A stretch of 64,000 nucleotides of DNA from Pseudovirgaria hyperparasitica (lineage: Eukaryota), in NCBI GenBank assembly GCA_010093815.1, contig ML996565.1, one strand, 5' to 3'. Below, piece by piece: positions 61,101 to 64,000 of this stretch. A program made the position numbers and the translations under genes. The notes beneath the pieces are model-generated. The model did no database searches. It was given only the letters and a program-made list of their open reading frames with translations, and was not told the origin of the DNA. Every line of letters begins with the position of its first letter. The first letter of the stretch is position 1.

Positions 61101-62274
61101 TGTTTCGTTACCTCCGTGGGAATTGATGGAAGCATCGAAGAACATCACCCCATCCATGTCCATGCTCTCCCGGATGATGTTTGCCGCTCTCGAAAATGTA
61201 CCTTGAATGTCAGAACCGCTAGCTTCACTTCCAGGCGCAGGCGTTGAAGCCATCGTGTTGGGAGTCGAGGCATCCTGTGCAGGAGTGAATGGCAAGTTAT
61301 TTGACTTGTTTGAAGTGGACGAATGCTGAGGCGAACATTGACCGGGGTTACTCAATGATTGGTCATGATTGGGCTGCTTCTGGTAGGAGAAGTAGTCGTT
61401 TGAAGGCTGGGGACGAGATTGGCGGTATTGTGGAGTCACAGTATTCCCATAAGTATCTGACCGAGCGGCATTCAAGCCTGCGTAGCCACCAAGAAATTGA
61501 CCGATACCAGCTGGGTTGAGTAGAAAGTGAGTATTCTAGACAGGAAATGTGTAGCGTGGGCGGACGTACTCATCATCTTGCCCATGCGACGATTCTCCTC
61601 TCGCGTCCGAGACAAGACCAGATGGTCCATGACGGTTTTGGCCATATCTCCAAGGTATTGAAGCTCAGAGTGGGACAGGGGATCGTGAGGCTTGTCATCC
61701 AGAACGGCATAAGCGCCAATGATGGCGCCTCTTGGGCTGACTAGCAAGACGTTGGCATAGAAGCGAATCCAGTCATTCAGACCTGGAAGAAAGGCCTGGC
61801 CTTGAAAGGTATTGGAGGCGTGGGTATCGGGGACGACGTTCATGTGACTTTCAAGTTTACCATTTCGCGATTGCGTGGCGGCCCTGTCTACGAGAAGACT
61901 GCATGGACCGGCATGTCTTGGTATCCTGGTCTGGCCGAGCCACAGCTCATCGCCAGTATCGTGGACGGCGTCATTCTGGGTAGACAAGGTCTTTGACGAC
62001 TCAGCGATGACATACTGGTAGTTGCGGTCGAACAAGGAGATGTAGCATCGGGAAGCATTGAGACGCAGAGCGCCTAGCTGAGCAAAAGCATTAAGGGCCA
62101 GATCAGTGGAGGAAATGGGAATATGGTCCTGGTGATGGGCGCGAAAGTAGACGGGAGGCAGATATCTGGTGAGACGTTGGGTCAGTTCGAAGACAGAAAG
62201 CACGTGGCGGGAGGGAAAGACTTGAGGAGCTCGCGTTCAGTGGCTGACTCGGACAGCGCAGAGTGCGAGTGCAT
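58159..62274 (-). CDS. Hybrid sensor histidine kinase (GAF - HisKA - HATPase - receiver)
   Basis: GAF LNAFAQLGALRL...IRFYA; H-box SISHELRSPLHGILG; N-box NIFANSLKYT; G boxes DSGRGM and GTGLGLSIV; receiver LVDDNPIN, ILMDISMPVLDG, KPV. Introns 62166-62221, 61511-61569, 61066-61111, 60068-60238 and 58916-58964. Start uncertain. Confidence 0.9.
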
Positions 62275-63445
62275 TTCTGCACCGTTCAGGCAGGGCGGAC
62301 CGATGAGGAGAGTGAGTGAATAACAGTTGATATACTGCTCCCTCTCATCCCCAAGGACAGCGACGACAACGACGACAACGACCACGACGAGAACGAGGAC
62401 AGTAATCACGGGAACAAACGAAGCCGTCCATCATCTACCAGGTAAAGACTGAATGGTGGCAACCTGCAAGAAGAGATTGCTGATTGGGCGGCAGTAGGCG
62501 ACATTGTAGAGAAGAGTGGGAATGCACCAGCACCAGCCACACTGCAGGACGAGGCTAGTCGAGATCTAGAATCCGATCGTTTGTCTCCTAAGAATTGGTC
62601 ATTTTTCTAGTTCGATCGACGAGAAAGCTGGTGCGGTGTGGAAGTGAATGATGGCAGAAGTGTATATTGATTGATTACTGAGACTGTAGATGTTTACTGT
62701 TGTTGTTGCATGAGGCCAGAAAAGGAGGGCCGTCCAAGGAAGGAACTCTTGAGGCTAGGGGTTGTCTAGAAGAGGATACATCAGTAAGCGCTGACTACTT
62801 TGAGTTTCAATTATTCAATACATGTAACCGTGTGTTAGGCATCAGAACAGCATGTCTTGAGCTATAACTAACCTCTTTTTTCAACATAATTACCTGATGT
62901 AATCAACTCGCACACCGTATCGATGCAGAAAGAGCAGACAAGCCGTACTTGCGGGGCCGCTAGGCGCTAGGAGCACGGGCGTAAATGGCGAATTGTCAAA
63001 ATGCCATGTGTAATTGATCCATGTTGACTTCACTCTGGCTATTTCGAGAAATATCTGGTCAACACGCAGAGTGAACTATCTCAGACATCATCTGCTAAGT
63101 ATTACTCGCTTTGTACTTACAAAGACAATCCGATGACGATATTCCTCCCTACAGCTTGGCCCGTACCCAGTCCTCCAGCACCTTGGCCCCCTCTCCCTTC
63201 TCCTTGATGCCAATCACCCTTTCGATTATCATGTCATCATGTGCAGCTCGACTGGTTACCATCACCGTAGTCTTGCCTTTGTATCCCTGTTCGAACTTGA
63301 TCGCGAACGCCTTGATGGCGTCAATCAGAATCTCCCACTCGCCTCCCCAGAACAAGACCTGTCCCACCACCTTCTCCGCGCCACTCCACCACTCACTAGG
63401 AGCGCGCATCACCGCCGCTGGCTCGCTGCAGATCCCACCGAGACC

Positions 63446-64000
63446 ATGCAGAACGACGAATACGCCGATTCCTCGCCAGGGGCAGACTCCCTCACTCCTT
63501 CGACGAAACGCAAACGAGCCTCCGCTGCCACCACATCCTCGTCGTCTCGTGGCGTTGCAAATCTCACGCCAGAGCAGTTGCAGCGGAAACGTGCCAACGA
63601 CCGTGAGGCTCAACGCGCCATCCGCGAGAGAACAAAACAGCAGATTGATAGACTGAACGAAAGGATACGCGAGCTGGAATCGCAGCAGCCTTACAATGAT
63701 CTCCAGGTGGTCGTACGCCAGAAAGAGGCCATACACGCCGAGAATGATGAGATCAAACGACGCCTCGCCTCTGTCATAGCCATCATTCAGCCATTGCTAG
63801 GGAACCAGAGTCTCCATGGTACGTCGTCACTAGCATGTGTGTTCGTTGGAGCAGTAACTAATCCATCCTTCAAACCTATAGATCTAGCAGCTGCCGCCGA
63901 AAGAAACTCACTACCTGCTGCTCAGGCACCTGTACCTCTTCCTCCTAACGGAACCGTCTCGAAACCGCCGTACGGCGAAGATGCCATTGTGAGGAACAAT
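63446..64000 (+). CDS. bZIP-type transcription factor, truncated by window end
   Basis: Not in the ORF track. MQNDEY...LQRKRANDREAQRAIRERTKQQIDRLNERIRELE gives a basic region and zipper. Intron 63819-63881. Confidence 0.85.
   Translation, partial: MQNDEYADSSPGADSLTPSTKRKRASAATTSSSSRGVANLTPEQLQRKRANDREAQRAIRERTKQQIDRLNERIRELESQQPYNDLQVVVRQKEAIHAENDEIKRRLASVIAIIQPLLGNQSLHGTSSLACVFVGAVTNPSFKPIDLAAAAERNSLPAAQAPVPLPPNGTVSKPPYGEDAIVRNN

Noticed and set aside
63149..63736. 195-aa minus-strand ORF
   Set aside because: Antisense shadow of the bZIP gene and its leader.

Overview
This is gene-dense eukaryotic DNA from a filamentous ascomycete (Pezizomycotina; Dothideomycetes is only my guess). The evidence is short, mostly 45-60 nt GT-AG introns with CTRAC/CTAAC-type branch points and typical fungal gene families. 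About 25 genes can be modelled by eye: PDR16-like, POL12, APC13, a methyltransferase, two paralogous F-box genes (one frameshifted), ELG1, UTP8-like, a divergent PrpF-family isomerase/MFS pair, GPI12, a secreted lipase, DSN1/mis13, a Zn2Cys6 factor, a hybrid histidine kinase and a bZIP gene cut by the window end. The accessory part lies at about 33-52 kb. It starts with a decayed zone holding two reading frames broken by C-to-T type stops, a 48-codon poly-Glu repeat and a Ty1/copia RT relic. It continues with a candidate glycoside-catabolism cluster (secreted GH79, divergent cytosolic GH78, sugar porter, AhpD/CMD-like protein) interrupted by a hydrolase-NACHT-ankyrin NLR gene. An orphan protein at 24.2-25.3 kb has two repeated modules, each starting with a ubiquitin-tail-like (L/V)RGG. 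I saw no tRNA, rRNA or CRISPR. All family calls come from motif recognition, not database searches.
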